From Camelus ferus (Eukaryota): 64,000 bases of DNA. The stretch lies in the NCBI RefSeq assembly GCF_009834535.1, contig NC_045697.1:33792001-33856000 (forward strand), written 5' to 3'. The notes under the pieces were generated by a model. The model did not search any database. It had not been told where the DNA came from and was given only the letters and a program-made list of their open reading frames with translations. The position numbers and the translations under genes are program-made. Of this stretch, positions 14,482 to 28,345 are shown piece by piece; positions within the stretch are counted from its first letter, which is position 1; each line of letters opens with the position of its first letter.

Positions 14482-14549
14482 GGCCCCCTGTGGACGTCGG
14501 GATGAGGATCGATGTCGCCAGCATAGACATGGTCTCCGAAGTGAATATG
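14482..14549 (+). CDS. GABRB1: GABRB1 coding exon 3 (G-PPVDVGMRIDVASIDMVSEVNM)
   Basis: Acceptor ctccccggcAG ends 14481; donor ATG|GTGAGT at 14550; 68 nt; the peptide is visible inside ORF 14244..15050; cumulative CDS is 240 nt (phase 0). Confidence 0.98.
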
Positions 14550-17500
14550 GTGAGTGGCCTCCCGACTGGCCCCGCAGCCGGGTTTACGCAGATGCGAAAC
14601 GGACGGGTCCCCGTGCCCTCTGCGTTTCATTGGCGGTCACCTCGCCCCGGCCCCGGGAGTCCCACTCCGCGCGCGCTCCCCTCTCTGGCACATATACTCT
14701 GCTGCCTGGTTTGTATTTTCGACACACACACGGGCTACTGCGGTGTTTCGGAGAAAACGTGCTCCGCACTATTTGGGGAAGGACGGGTGCCTGGCGCCGG
14801 GGGAGCGGGTGGGGCGGAGTCAGCGTTACTTTCGCAGGGTTTCCTTCCGTGTTGGACGCGCAGGGCACCATCTGCCGGCGGCCGGGCGGCCTGCACTTGG
14901 AGGGTCCCCCGACCGTGGTCCATTGCCGCCTCCTCGCCAGGCGCTGTCCCCGCAGCCCGACCCAGGGCCTGCCACCTAGCACCCAAGCACACAGTGTCCC
15001 CTCCCTCCTTCCAGGCTCTCGCACAGAGAGTGGCAGGAGCAACAGGCTGAGACAACAGCCCATTCCTGCCAGCTAATGCGAAAGAGCTCAAGCCAGCTTC
15101 TGGGGAGAGGCTTGTATTGTTCCCACGTCGGGGGTGATGAATTTGTCTCGCCGCATCTTGCGAATTGAAGTTGAAACGGAATGGGTCGAGTTTATTGCTT
15201 TGCTTTGCCTTAGAAACCTAAGCATGTGGAAAAAACCTAATGATCAAAGAGACCGTGGAAAGAGGGATTGGGGGGATGCGATATAACATAGCGCAATTCT
15301 TTCCTTTCAGAGAGTTAGTATTCTTTATTTCATTTTTTCCTCCTCCCTTTCCGAAGCTCTTGCAAAATGGATTGAAACCATAGCTGTCACTTTCTCTATT
15401 GGCTGTTTCCAACCACCGTGGGGTAGCAGTTTTCTAGTTGTTAAGAGTTTCTAACTGTTGCTTCTTGTAAGGCAGGGGGAAAAGCCTGTTGCTTTTCTAG
15501 AATCAACCACCCAGGGAACAGCTAGATCTGCGTGAGCAAAATGCCATTTTTATTACACTTCCGAAAAAAAAGATATTGTGGCAGCAGAAATTTAGACAGC
15601 CTGAATAATTTAAAGACTAAATCCTTTTGGGATTTTATCATTCCATAGCTGTAGAGGCTTTTGAATTGTCATTTCGTTTCATTTCTAGTCTGTCATTTTA
15701 TTTTAACATGCTAAGGTTTAAGAACGTTTCTTCTTTTCAGGGAATGTCAGGGAAGAGATACATATATTTAAAATCTATTGAGTGGGATTAGAATAAAAAG
15801 TGTGACGATTAAATTTCTGTATTTGATAGTTATACCTTCTGCTTTAAATAGCTTATTTTAAATACGATTTTAAATTTATATTTAAATTTATACCTCTGAT
15901 GGTGGTATTAGAAAACAATTTTGAAATATTACTGCATAATGAATATTTTCTGACTTGGAGAAGATTTTTAATAGACTCACTTATTTATAATATTCTGTTC
16001 ATATACATGTCACTACCACAAAGCAACCCAAGATGCACTATTTGTAAACACTGGGGAATGTTATATGCACATATACAAAGTGTACCCAGTCCATGCCATT
16101 GCGACTGGATAAATTAGAGGAGGAATTAGTTTAACAAGTTGTTTGTATTATGTAGATAAATGATGATGGTATTTTCATTTTCAGTCATTTATTTTGGCAC
16201 AGTGTTAAGTACCCACATAGATAATTTATAAAATAGGAGAAGATTCAAATAACTCAAAAGGCAAACAGTGGTCTGCTTTTCAGTGCTTTTCAGAATTTTT
16301 AAAATGTGTAATTCTGCTTACTATATACAAACAACTTTTCAGTTTAAAAACAAAAACAAAACAAAACTGAATCGAATAGGGAAGTTGCTGTTTACCAAAA
16401 CAACCACCACAACAAAAAAGCTCTGTATAACCAGTTGTTCAACTGAATTCATACAGAAGCTCAGAAAAATAAATTGAATTTAATTGCTGTGCCACTGGAA
16501 ATAGCTGTTAAAGATAGAATAATACAATCTGCTTACTGCACCAAGTGTATATATGTACCTGATGTTTTAAAATAGTCACTCAACAGATAAACCTTTAAAA
16601 AATACATTCTATTAAATTACTCATTACCTTTCTACAATGGTGTTAAAGACATAATGGGAAAAAGAAACCACTGAACATTGAAAGGTAATAAACCTTGATT
16701 TATTTATTCTTTCTTGTTTCTCTTTTTAATGAAAGCTACCAACAAAACCTAAGGTTTATTTTTCCTTCTGTGATCTATGATGAAGCATTGAAATGCATAA
16801 ATTGGAAATAACTCCAAAAAAATGGAAACAAAGACGAATTTTAGGATTAAAGGTTGTATATAAACACAGTCTGGATAATTAGCCCTGGTTAGAATCATTG
16901 TCTACAATATACTTTGATTTTTTTAGATAATACAAGTCGGGTTGAAATGTCAATGGGAAATAAGACTTATTGCTTTAGTACTAAGCATTTTTTTCAGAAC
17001 CCCAAAAGGCAGTAACTTCTAAGGTTATTTAACAGGAAATTTTCAACAAACTTAACAACAAATATGAATGAACATTGAATATAGTAAAAATAATTTTAAA
17101 TAAAATCCAGATTAAAATCCTTTACTAAAACATTGCTCATTTTTATATATTTATTCATTACCATTATTACCCACCCATTTCCATTGCTGGGAAAATGACA
17201 TACTTGTACATTATATTATTGGGTTTGAAAACTAGGTTGGTTAATTTTTGCTCTTTTCCTACACTATGCTAAATGAAATATAATTCCAGACTGGTTTCTA
17301 ACATTGCCTATTTTAAAGACTAACATCACATGAAGAGTATTTTCTGATTCATGTTCTTCAGGATTTAAAATGTTTTTCCCAAATTTAAAAGAGAGAGAGA
17401 AAGAGAACTTTTGTAGTCAAAAACCTCTGCAACTATGACTTGTTAGTTCTGAGCAGTGAATGCAAAACCTCTGAAGAATAATTCTGATGCAGGAAAGAAG

Positions 17501-17660
17501 CTATACTTGGGAACAAGACTTTTCTTTCAAGCAATAATATTGATTAAATTTGGGAGAATTTTTCTTCTGGTCTCATGGGATGTATTGTGCCTGGGATAGC
17601 AACTGCATTCTGTTATTTTCTGAAGAGTCATCTTAACTACTTTCCTGTGATTTCTGTGTA

Positions 17661-17988
17661 TTTTATTTATTTTTTGAGTTTATTTTTTATTGAAGTATAG
17701 TCGATTTGCAATGTTGTGCCAATTTTTGCTGTATAGCATAGTGATTCGGAGATATATATACATATATGTATATATATGTATATATATCCCTTTTCATATT
17801 TTTTATTATAAGCTATTATAAAGTATTGAATATAGCTCCCTGTGCTATACAGTAAGACCTTGTTGTTTATCTATTTTATATATAGTAGTTAGTATCTGCA
17901 AATCCCAAACTCCCAATTTGTCCCTCCCCATCCCCTTTCCCCCTCAGTAACCATAAGTTTGTTTCCTATGTCTGTGAGTCTGTGAGTC
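17661..17988 (-). mobile_element. 5'-truncated lineage-specific L1 3' end
   Basis: T-rich tail then ttattgaagtatagtcgattt...ccctgtgctatacagta...gtaaccataagtttgtt...tgtctgtgagtc. Confidence 0.9.
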
Positions 17989-18047
17989 ATATATTTCAAA
18001 TTAAATCCTTCAGACTTTTCTTTTAGCAATTTCTGCTATGTATACCT

Positions 18048-18095
18048 ACACACACACACACACACACACATACACACACACACACACATACACAC
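18048..18095. repeat. Interrupted (CA)n microsatellite
   Basis: Read directly. Confidence 0.9.
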
Positions 18096-18759
18096 AAACA
18101 AGGTTGACTGAAAGAAACAGGAGGCAACTGGAGCAAAAGGGGACAATAGTCCCCAGAAATTGCCTTTAAGAAACCACTAACATCTGCTAATATAAGCCCA
18201 ATAAAACATGATAATAGTAAGCAAGTCTTCTCTTAGAGTAGTAGATCGGGGAAGCAAGATATTAACTACTTGCAAATAAAAGGTTGCACTCTGGTATTTC
18301 AGATTCCAGTGACTAAATGTTGCTTCTTACTAAAGAGGCAGCTTTCAATCAGCAAGGAGGAGTTCCAACCACAGAGCTCTATTGTTCCTGATCTAAAGAC
18401 GTGATGGTCTGAGTGACCACCCTCAGAAACTCAGTCCTAACTCAAAGACTCAACCCAGGCTGTTCCCAGTAATGGATGGCTGTCATGTATCCATTATTTC
18501 CTTCCTTCGTGCATGCATGGATACACTCTTACAGGCATTACAATTAACAACAAAACAACCCCCCCCCAAAAAAAAACCTAAAATGAGACCATTTTCTAAA
18601 TAATGCCTTAAAAAGTACTTAATTTTACCAAATATCTACTACTGCTGTAATTTTAATATTTGATTCCAGAGGGTTTTGGTATACCCTTCAACTGTGTTTA
18701 ATTACTACCACAAAACAGTAACCAGCTCTGAGAAATCTCCCTCCTCCATTTCTCTAAGT

Positions 18760-18926
18760 CAGTGTTTCTCATTCTTTAGTGTGTGCCTGAACCACTCTGG
18801 GATCTCAAAATTTTAAAACGCAGTGTCTGATTCAGAGGTCTGGGATGGGGTCTAACATTCTACGTTTCTAACAACTCTCAGGTGACGCTGACAGCTGGTA
18901 TGTGGACAGCATTTTGAAAAGCAAGA
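18760..18926. mobile_element. MER5A-like hAT-Charlie non-autonomous DNA transposon
   Basis: cagtgtttctca start; ctgattcagaggtctgggatgggg...tttctaacaactctcaggtgacgctga...tttgaaaagcaag. Confidence 0.75.
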
Positions 18927-19759
18927 TAGAGGTACATTATTCTAAGATCTAGAGTTAATAGAAAATGGACTTTTTTTCTCTTAAATTTCTCTAAGAATGG
19001 TATTTTTCCAGGGTTTCAAATTAAGTTTCAAGTTAGTTTCCAGGTAGTTAAATAGATAGCTGTGCTCAAAAGAGAAAATGAGTGTAGTTATTGATGACAA
19101 ACAGCAGGACAAATACAGGAGCCTGGACGATAGGGCTTGACTTAGACTAATAAGCAGTCCTCCTAAGTGTGTCAATACTCGTGAGTCAGCCACCCTTAAC
19201 TGATGGCTGTGCACATGTCGCCAAGCACAGTGACTTCGACAACACTGTCCTGCTGCTTTGCAGAACACCAATGACTTTTCTTCTTCACAATGAGAACACT
19301 GCACACTCTGTTTCCCCCCACTAGGAGCTTGCAGCAGCTTTGTAAAATAGCCTAAACACATTCTTGCTGCCTTCAGTATAAAATGATGGCAGCAAATTCT
19401 CTGAGGTTATAACAGAATTCCTTTGCAAATAGGGCAAATAGGTCAGTACCATTTAAAGGCACGAACAGATATCAGCTGTCAAAGATAAAAATACGTTTTT
19501 CTCTTATATGAGTAATCAACCAGGTCTCACTTTTGGGTGCTGGGTTACAATGTTATACTGTCTGGAGAAGCTAGGAGAGGAAAACTTTCCCTTTGCCTTT
19601 CAGTTTGGAGATAACAGAAAGACATTTTTATACTCTAAGCTGCATCGTAGCAAGCCTATCCAGATTTTTAAAGTTTCAGGTCACATTTGAAGACCTGTGT
19701 TCTTAGAATTACAAGTCCAGACTATGTAATAAAGTGTGTAACACAATGAAAATAAAGTG

Positions 19760-19975
19760 ACATTTATTGAGCACATCCTATATATGAAGTATGACCATCA
19801 AACACTATGTTGGCTCATCTAAAGCTTCTCAATTATCATCTCCCATTACAGATAGAGAAACTGAGGTTGAGAGAGACTTAAGTTGTAAGAGATTAAAAAA
19901 CTTATTTAGAATTTATGGATCTAGTAAATGGCACAACCAGGATTTGAATACAGGTAGCCTGACTCCTGAGTCTGG
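19760..19975 (-). mobile_element. MIR SINE
   Basis: catttattgagcac...cccattacagatagagaaactgagg...ccaggatttgaatacaggtagcctgactcc. Confidence 0.75.
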
Positions 19976-21589
19976 CTCCTATCTGAGAGACAAGTGAAAA
20001 AACATTCCTCGTATTTAGATTTGGGAACTTGAGTGAGTCACTTAACTTCTCCATGCTTCAGGTTTCCTCTTGTAAAATGAAGGTAAATGACATGATTGCT
20101 AAATCTCTTTCCAGTTCAAATATTCTACCATAGAAACTTAGGCTATTCAAGATTTTAGACTCTTTAATATCAAGTCTTCCTCTCCAAATTATTTTCCTGT
20201 TACAGTCTGCCTTATCCCATTTTATTCTCCAGTTAGAGATGTTTATCAACAAGCATTGATTGAATTCCCAGTGTGTGCAAACTCTGGTAGTCTCCTGGGA
20301 CCACTGGAGTAATGATTGTGGGGCCTCCTGAATGATTATTTTAATTGATCTAGGCAATATCATCCATTTTTTTCCCTAGTTAAGCACATTCCCAAAGACA
20401 GCAACAAGAAATGCTGAATCAATGGTCTTCAGAATGAGACTTGACTGATGCCTGGTTTATATTATATTGAGAGTTGGAGGCAAGGCCAAATTGGAAATAT
20501 CTCCATCTGATGTTGTCCATTATATTCAAACTGGGATCATTGGTCAACTATTGCAATAATTTGCAACTATCACAAACTAATGAATATTTCAACACTTAAT
20601 GTGAAACAAAAGGAAACCTGTATTTTCCAAAATCTGAGTATCCCAAAGGATTTACCCAATCCATGTAAAATCAGGTGGTTTGGGAGCAAGGAGTAAAGCC
20701 AAGGTGTTCATTTCAGTTTAACATCACTTAGTATCAACTCTGTAAATGTTTGGTGCTTTTTGTTCTGACAGACACCCCAAAGTCTTAATGGCACCCTCAA
20801 GGCACACATGAATGAAATCTTGCATTATCAGGGAAGGTACAACATTTCATAAGAAAAATAGATGGTATTAAATGTTTTCAATTGATTTGAGTTTCAGTAA
20901 CACAAGTGACATATACCTGCTTGAGGACAGTAGGAAGATGAATGCAATATGCTTGCAGTTGATTAAGTGTTTCCCTCATGAACTTTTTCAGAGCAATGAA
21001 TCCTACTTTTTGTAATACCAGGGTTGAGTTTCTGCATTTTAGAATATTTCTGTTTTCAGAAGATGATGCATTTCATGAAGTCTCTTGACTGCTGGTTGCT
21101 GAAGGAAGTTATAATCAGTAGCATATAAAGCATCTATTATTCAGCACTTGACAGAAATGCTCAAGAAAGGGTTTACAATTAATTGCTATCAATTTTGATA
21201 AGTTAGAAAGAAAAAGACTGGTCACAAAAAAGGAGGGAAAGATATACTGGGCTTTCTTTAGTGAGCCCAACATCCCCTTCCTAGAATCCTCATAGTCCTC
21301 ATTGCTTTTCTGCTAATAGTTTTTTCTGCTACCCCTCCATTATGTGCCTAATGTATTTTCCCTCTTGCAAGCCCAATAAAATCCATCATCATATTGTATA
21401 CTTAAGATTAAAGGACATTTTTCCAAGAGCATTCCTTCAGCCACTCTAGGGGGTAAAACAGATACCGTCTCTGTCCTTATGGAGTTTATAGTCTTAAAAA
21501 AAATTTTAAATCTCTCTTCTTGAAGTGAAGATTTTTTTCCTTTTGGAAGATTTTGAAACACCCATTGTTAGCTTGATCCTGGAGTATTT

Positions 21590-22138
21590 TGGTTCAACAC
21601 ATACTTACTGAATATTTAGCCTTTTATGATGGCCTGAACTGCACACTAAGGATGGAAAAATGACTGACGAGTTCTATACATTCAAATATTTCACAGTGTA
21701 GAGGAGAATGCATAAACAAACAGCTATTTTTAAACAATGTGATTGGTGCTGTGATAGAAACATGCATGTCCAGCATCCTCCAGGAGCTCAGAGGAGTAGT
21801 TTCTAAGGCAAGGTGAAAGTTTAACGCTTGAGGCGAATCCTAGAGGAATGCTAGTTAGTACCATGTGTAGGCTGCAGATGGGAAAAAGAACCTTTCAAGC
21901 AACAGAAAGGGCATAAGCATTGGGAAGTGTGCCTGAAAACAGCATGGAGTGTTCTGGGAACTACAGATCATTCACTATTGTGAGGACTTAAAGGGCACAG
22001 GGAAGCTGGTCAAGAAATAAGACAGAATGCTAAAAGCAAGATGTAGGGCAATGTTATTGAATGTTCTCACTTGTGTAAAAGAAGCTTCTCTCTCTCTCTC
22101 TCTATGTGTGTGTGTGTGTGTATATATATATATGTATA

Positions 22139-22174
<36 letters not shown>

Positions 22175-22900
22175 ACTTCTGGAAGCATACACAAGAAGTG
22201 AGTAACAGTTTAACAGTGCCTGTCTCTTGGAAGTGGTACCAGGACTAGGAGTATGACTTGGAGGGTTACTTACTGTTCTTTACATGCCCCTTTGAATTGT
22301 TTGATTTTTAAAAATCTTATCCATGTTTTCCATTTTCACTTTAAAAAGACACACACACTCCCTCACAGACACACATAGAGAGACAGAAACAGAGAGACAG
22401 AATTCAGTGATGCTGGAATGTGTATGCCAAGAAAATGAATCCTAATCCTGAAACACAGAACACCTGCTACAGGGTTTAACAAGAGCTATGTTTTGCATTT
22501 CAGATACATCATTTTGGTAGCTATGTCGAGGATGAAGTAGAAAAGTCTAAAGCTGGGGCTACCGTTCCTAGTTAAGAAGCATTAGAGGGTATTTCAAAGT
22601 TCAATTGAGAGGTGATAAATGCCTGAAGCATGGTATGAAAAGGAATGAAAAAAGATATTCAAACAGAGGCAAATCAGAGGGATTTTGTAGTTAGAAGTTG
22701 GAATTTGAGAGGCAGTGATCATAGGATGCCCTATGGTGTTCCACCATCTGCCCAGGGAGGGAAACAGGAAAAGAAGACCAACCATCCTGTTCACCACTGA
22801 AATAGATATGCTTTCTGAATTAAAAAAATAAAAACTGTTGGAGAATACTGTCATCAGGTACTTGTGGGAACACTGAAGTAAAATATGGAGGTTGGAACGA
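21590..22900 (-). mobile_element. L2 antisense fragments (interrupted)
   Basis: Purine-rich antisense L2-like sequence (ttcaacacatacttactgaata..., ttttgcatttcagatacatcattttggtagct). Confidence 0.5.
22087..22173. repeat. Compound (TC)n(TG)n(TA)n(CA)n microsatellite
   Basis: Read directly; the TG and CA blocks are mutually complementary around a TA core. Confidence 0.9.
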
Positions 22901-24850
22901 TCCTGGAAAAGATTAGTGCCTTGGTGATCCTTCTAGTTCTGTTCACAAATAAGGCAGTTTCTACAGGGAGAAATTCTGGGCCCATAAATGTGGTGGCTGA
23001 AATGAGCTGGTTAGAGATTTGGAGAAAGGGTGCTGGCCAAAGACAGAGAATGGAGTTCAGTCAACTGTAATCTGCAACAATGTTGTTCTTTATCTAGGAG
23101 GACCTAGACCCTGATAAGATTTAGAACCTACTTTTCAAATTCTCCAAGACAAGGGATCTTTGTAACTCTGTTTCAGTTGCTTTTATAAAACCACATAAGT
23201 GGGGGAAAAAAGGATGTGTGCGGAACCCACTTACACAGCATCTGCTCTCTTCTCCATCGCAGCCCAAAAAATGATTCAGAGTCCTTCTGGAACATCGTGT
23301 TTTCCATGTGAAATCACATGACAGCAGCATGAGTTCTTGTAACAAGTGTGTTAGGTAGCTGTTAGCAATCAGCTACTCCATCCTGACCTCCAGCGGAAAA
23401 TAGTATGAGATAAGGTCCTTCAGATACAACAGAAAAGTTAGAGGCCAGACGCATTTTTCCTGATGCTGAATGGATTAATCAGGGAGGTTGCTAGGAGTGA
23501 ATCCTGTTTGAATGAGAGGGGTTTTTTTGGGATTCTTCCTGAAGGCGGGGGAATAGATTTGTTGAAAGTTCAGGGTCCCTGCCTACTCTAACCCTTGTGA
23601 CTCGTAGGGAGGTTTTTTCTTCTGATCTATTATTTTCGAGAGAATGATATACAATTCTCTAGTCAAGAGAAACAGCTTTGTGGTTTCCATAGAGACGGTT
23701 CAGTGACATTTATTTGAAATCCTACCTGTGCCTAGAACATTCTCTCATGTCGGAGGCCATCATTTCTCCCTCCCACCTCCTGCAATCCCTCTCCCACTCA
23801 GATGCATCTGGATCTACTTCAAAACCCACAGAACTTTCTGTAGCCACACTGAAGAGAAATCTGCTGGAGGAATAATGCATAAGGCATATAAACAAATCAA
23901 GACTCTGAAAAGACAAAAGACCCAATATAACACAATGATCTTTCATTCCTATAAGGTTTCTATTAACCTTGTCTTCCATCCCCTCCCCCACCCCCAGCAC
24001 TATGTAAGCTCCAGGAAGTTTAGGATTATATTCTTTAAGCTTTCTGTGTAGCTCCTAGCATATTATAAGGGCTTAATAACATTTATTAGGATTATAAAAG
24101 AATTTTTCTAGCCATAAAAAGGTGTTAGTAATAATGGCATTTAAATTTTTTAATTCAGAAATTAATAGTTTCTCGGTTGGGTCTACCTTATACCATCAAA
24201 TGTAATTTTCTTTCATGATGATCATGAATCATAAGCTGTTTCCATAGAAACAGCTTTATCACATGACACAACCAGTTTCACAGACACAAAACCCCTTCAT
24301 GACAAATATCAACGTGCATATGTTTATGTATATATATGCATATTTTGTATATATAACTCTTCATCTTTAAAAATTACTGAATTCTTTTAATTTTCAAAGT
24401 GTCCTCTGTATGTTGGTGCCTGGACTATCAGGATTTCTAGAAACATTTAAAAAATTACTAGAGAATAACTTAATTGATTGATGACTACAAAGTGAATGAC
24501 GTTTAAAAATAAGGAGAGTCAAACATAAGAGGCATATGAAAGTGGCTCCTCAGTCATCAGGAATGGTTGAAGTAAAGTAGATTTTTAAAAGATAACCAAG
24601 GAACTTTATCAAATTTGAAAATGTAAAGGAAATAATATGTCTAATCCAGAAATATATATATTATCTATGTATGTGATGTCTTTTTATATCTGTCTATGTC
24701 TATCTACCTAGTTATTTTGCTGTAATTGTATCCTTACTACTGTGTGGTATGTTTACTTGCAAACGTCAACTTTTGTCTGAAACCTCCACATCCACGCAGT
24801 AATCTGTCATAACCAGTCAATGTGTTAAATCAACTACCACATTAAGTGGA

Positions 24851-25144
24851 GATAAGAGATCCCTTCCACCGACATCACCACCTCACTGCCCACCCCACCC
24901 CCAGCGTGTGCGTCCACGCTCGCGCACGCGCGCACACACACACACACAGACAACTCAGCACATCCAAAAGAAACGACCAAGCCAACAAAAATCCTAGTTC
25001 AAACAGACTGTGGAGTTGAGGCTGATGAGAGGAGATGAAGAAGATTCACTAGTAAGGTTAATGCTGATTAATTGGAGGCTGTTGGCTAAATGTGGTGACA
25101 ACTGATTTTCAGACGTTTTGAAGTTGGGACCAGGAAGAGGAGGT
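24851..25144 (+). repeat. Local direct duplication, copy B (partner 9754-10044)
   Basis: Same sequence as copy A with more intact CpGs. Confidence 0.95.
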
Positions 25145-26732
25145 GAACATGCCTGGGTTCAAAATCACTGTCATAGAACATAAGTACATATTGGTGAATT
25201 ATGTTTTTGCATTGTTACCATGCAGATTTTCCACATGCTAAAGCATGTACACTTTTGGTTCCACAAAATGATAGGTGAAGCCCAAACTCAAACAAAGCAA
25301 ATGCCATCCAATGCTATTCAATCTCACTGAGTGGAGGTTGGCTTTTGATGGAAACACCAGTCATTTTTAGGAGCGTGGGTAGGAAGCATCTACATTCCTA
25401 AAGGTGACCTCAGATGCTACCAGCTTGAAATGCCAGCATCAGATCTTGATATCTTCTGCTTTGACTCCTGCTGAAATGCAAACAACCCTGAAAGAGGCAA
25501 TTATAATGCTAGTCTTTAATTCTTGTGTTTATACCAGTGTGTGAATGGATGGTTGAATGAGAGGACAGGTTTGCTTAAGAGACAGAGATTAGAAAAGGAC
25601 ATGAGGAAAGTGAGGAAACAGAAGTTATTCATACTTTCCCCCAGAATCAGCAGTTTCCTGACTTTGGCAACCAATATGAAACAGCTCAAAACAGGGGCTG
25701 CAGGGTGCTGAGACAGCATTTGTGTTGTCCACACTGGTCCCCTGCACTTGAAAAGCATTTTGCTTGATCTGACAGTGATGCCCCATATTTTGCAGCCCAG
25801 GATGTGAAATCAACAAATTCACCTCCGTTCTCTGGAGACATAGTGGCCAGGCTGACGGCCAGGTGACAATAACATCCTATAGTTCTAATAACCTGATGAA
25901 CCTCATTGTTAAAATCAGTGTCTAGCGGGCAAAACCCTGGCAGTTTTTTTCAAGTCCTAACACTCTCCATCTGGTATATATAATTTTGGTTTTTCTCCTT
26001 AAGTACATTCCCTTGAATGTGCTTCTGTCAAGTCATTTTTGAATAATTTTAAATCACTTTAAAATGTCAGGATGATGTGGTACCCTAATTTATACTCTCA
26101 AGTATGAATCCCGTGACTTACTTAAGCCCTTTGATTCTCAGTTCCATATAAAATGGAAATAATAATTTCTGCTCTACTTATTTCAGGGAGCACTGAGAAT
26201 CAAAAGAGATAAATCATGTACAAATATATGCTCTGTATATGTGATGTATAAACTGTACATTGCTATATGAATGTTAAGTACTGGGGTTTTTATTATTTTA
26301 CTATTATCTCCCAAACTTGTAAAGAATTTCTCCCTCTTCAATGCCAGGACATCAGGAATAACATTAATTCACATCCTGCCTAATAAAATATAATAATATT
26401 TTTGTTCAATACTGGGATTTTCATCATGTAGTTGAAATTCACAGTACTGCTAATTGTGGAACTATTCTGTGACATCCGACTGCAGAAATGGAAAGAGTTT
26501 CCCACACCTTTCCTCCTGATCATTTGCTCTTGGTTCTCACTCTAACACTGCTCAAATTTAAAAGTTTCAATCTGTATATGGTCATATTTTGTGTTATTCC
26601 TTGGTATATGAAGGAAGTTGGATATGTTGTTTTCCATGGGCTTACCAAAGGACTAAGGCTCTGGAGTTGCCTTCTGGTTTTAATTATAACTCCTCAACTT
26701 ACAGGCTCTGTTACCTTGCCATTAATTAACTC

Positions 26733-26862
26733 TAGAGTAATCATATAATTTATTGTCCAAACATGAACTTTTGAAAATGAAAGGGAATACTATTACTATT
26801 ACCCAGGTCAAGAGATATAAACCAACACTATCCTGTCAAAGTCAGGATTTGTGATCACCCTA
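26733..26862. mobile_element. MER94-like hAT-Blackjack MITE inserted in a MIR
   Basis: Ends tagagtaatcatat / gtgatcacccta (degenerate TAGGGTGACCA TIR); 130 bp; internal ataatttattgtccaaac...gaaaggg. Confidence 0.8.
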
Positions 26863-27539
26863 TGCCACTCAAAGCCTGAATTTCTCCATCTTTAAAATGA
26901 GGGTAAACTATACTTTCTTCATAGTTCACTGAAGGCTTGATGAGATAATGTGTTGCCTGACTTGGGGAAAATATCAGTTATTTACTACCATCTCCTCCTC
27001 CTCCTCCTTCTTGCACATACTGTGTATCTATCAGGCACTGCTATGAGTGCTTTATATGAATGTCAACAATAGAATTAGGTAGAGTGGACAAGATAGCCTC
27101 ATAAGAATTTTTATACCAGAGTTTGAGAAGAACAAATAAAAACATCATCTGTCAGCTCATCTTTGCTTACTGAGAGCTTTACAGGAACAAAGAGACTTGC
27201 TATGAATTGGGAAGTGTTAGTAAAAGTGGTAGGATTTACTTTATTCCTTCAAGGAACGGCCAAGAATCTCACTGAGAAGCTAAGTTATTAAGAGATAACG
27301 ATGTTCGTGGGGTCCCACTTGACCCCAAGCAACACTAAAAAAAGGACTCATAACATGACAGAGAATGTACAACCAAGCTGAGCTGTTCAAGAGGGCAATA
27401 ATCTAAGTGGGAAGGATATGCCAGGCAGGGCAAATAGTAGTAAAACGTTTGTAGATACAGTATTACCAAGGCTTCTAGTTTTAATTACGGCTCCTCAGAT
27501 ATGAATCTTAAGGCCTAGAAAACTATCTTGGAGTCTTAG

Positions 27540-27755
27540 TAATAATAATAACACTTACTGAGTACTTCTACACAGCAGGAACCATTCTAAATACATTACA
27601 AATATTAACCCACTTAATCGGTATGTATCATTATTATCTCTATTTTACAGATAAGGAAACTGAGGCATGGAAAAGATAAGAAACTTGCCCAAAGTTACAC
27701 AACTAGTAAGTGATAGAGTTGTGATTTGCACCCAGATAGATTGACTTCACAGTCT
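27540..27755 (-). mobile_element. MIR SINE
   Basis: tattttacagataaggaaactgaggcatggaaaagataagaaacttgcccaaagttacacaactagtaagtg. Confidence 0.85.
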
Positions 27756-28059
27756 ATGTATGGCCCCTAAATCAATTAGCTCATAAAACATCATTACTTC
27801 TAACAACGTTTAAACAAAAAGAGGTTTCAAAAATTAGGAAATGTTATTAATTCTTAACAAAATGGGTCTTAGGGTGAAATGCATTAGCAATTAATATTAT
27901 TTAGCCCAGCGTTAAACTTTGTAGAGATTAAGGAATAGTTTGATTAATGTCTTCAGGTTTATAAAAAGGTTTGATCTATTCACTGATCTAAGTCACATTT
28001 GACTTATTTGCATGCAAGGTGTTACTTAATGTGCTGTGTCAGGTACTTATTGAAAATAG

Positions 28060-28345
28060 GAAGAGAGAATGGATTTTGTGCCCCTTGTGAGAGAATTCTT
28101 AACTTGAAGAAAGAAGCAAAGTTTAGATTGGACATAAGGAAGAACATCTTGACTGTAACGAGTGAGAAGATGCTGAAAGCAGCTACGAAGAGTATCTGGG
28201 AAGTGCCCATCCTTAGAAAGCTGCAGAACAAGAAGAGATAATTATATCTGTCCTAGTTGGCTTATCTGGCTCTTCTATCCAAAGGCAGGAGAGTGACAAG
28301 AGAAAGAACATTTCTTTAAGACCCTTCACAACTAAGAAGTTTGAA
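28060..28345 (+). mobile_element. CR1/L3 LINE 3' remnant
   Basis: ORF 27999..28241 contains KFRLDIRKNILTV, resembling the CR1 ORF2 C-terminal FRLDIRKNFFTVR motif; followed by a CR1-like tail (taagacccttcacaact). Confidence 0.7.

Larger units (their letters stand above)
14160..15200. promoter_or_regulatory. CpG island spanning intron 2, exon 3 and the start of intron 3
   Basis: Visibly high GC and dense CpG against an AT-rich, CpG-depleted background; GC box GGGGCGGAGT near 14811; boundaries approximate. Confidence 0.85.

Noticed and set aside
14244..15091. Cluster of long overlapping ORFs (up to 268 aa) on both strands
   Set aside because: They lie in the GC-rich CpG island where stop codons are scarce; only the 68-nt exon 3 portion has recognisable protein similarity.
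21141..21158. TTCAGCAC...GACAG as a possible full REST/RE1 site
   Set aside because: Spacing and right half deviate from TTCAGCACCnnGGACAG; likely chance.
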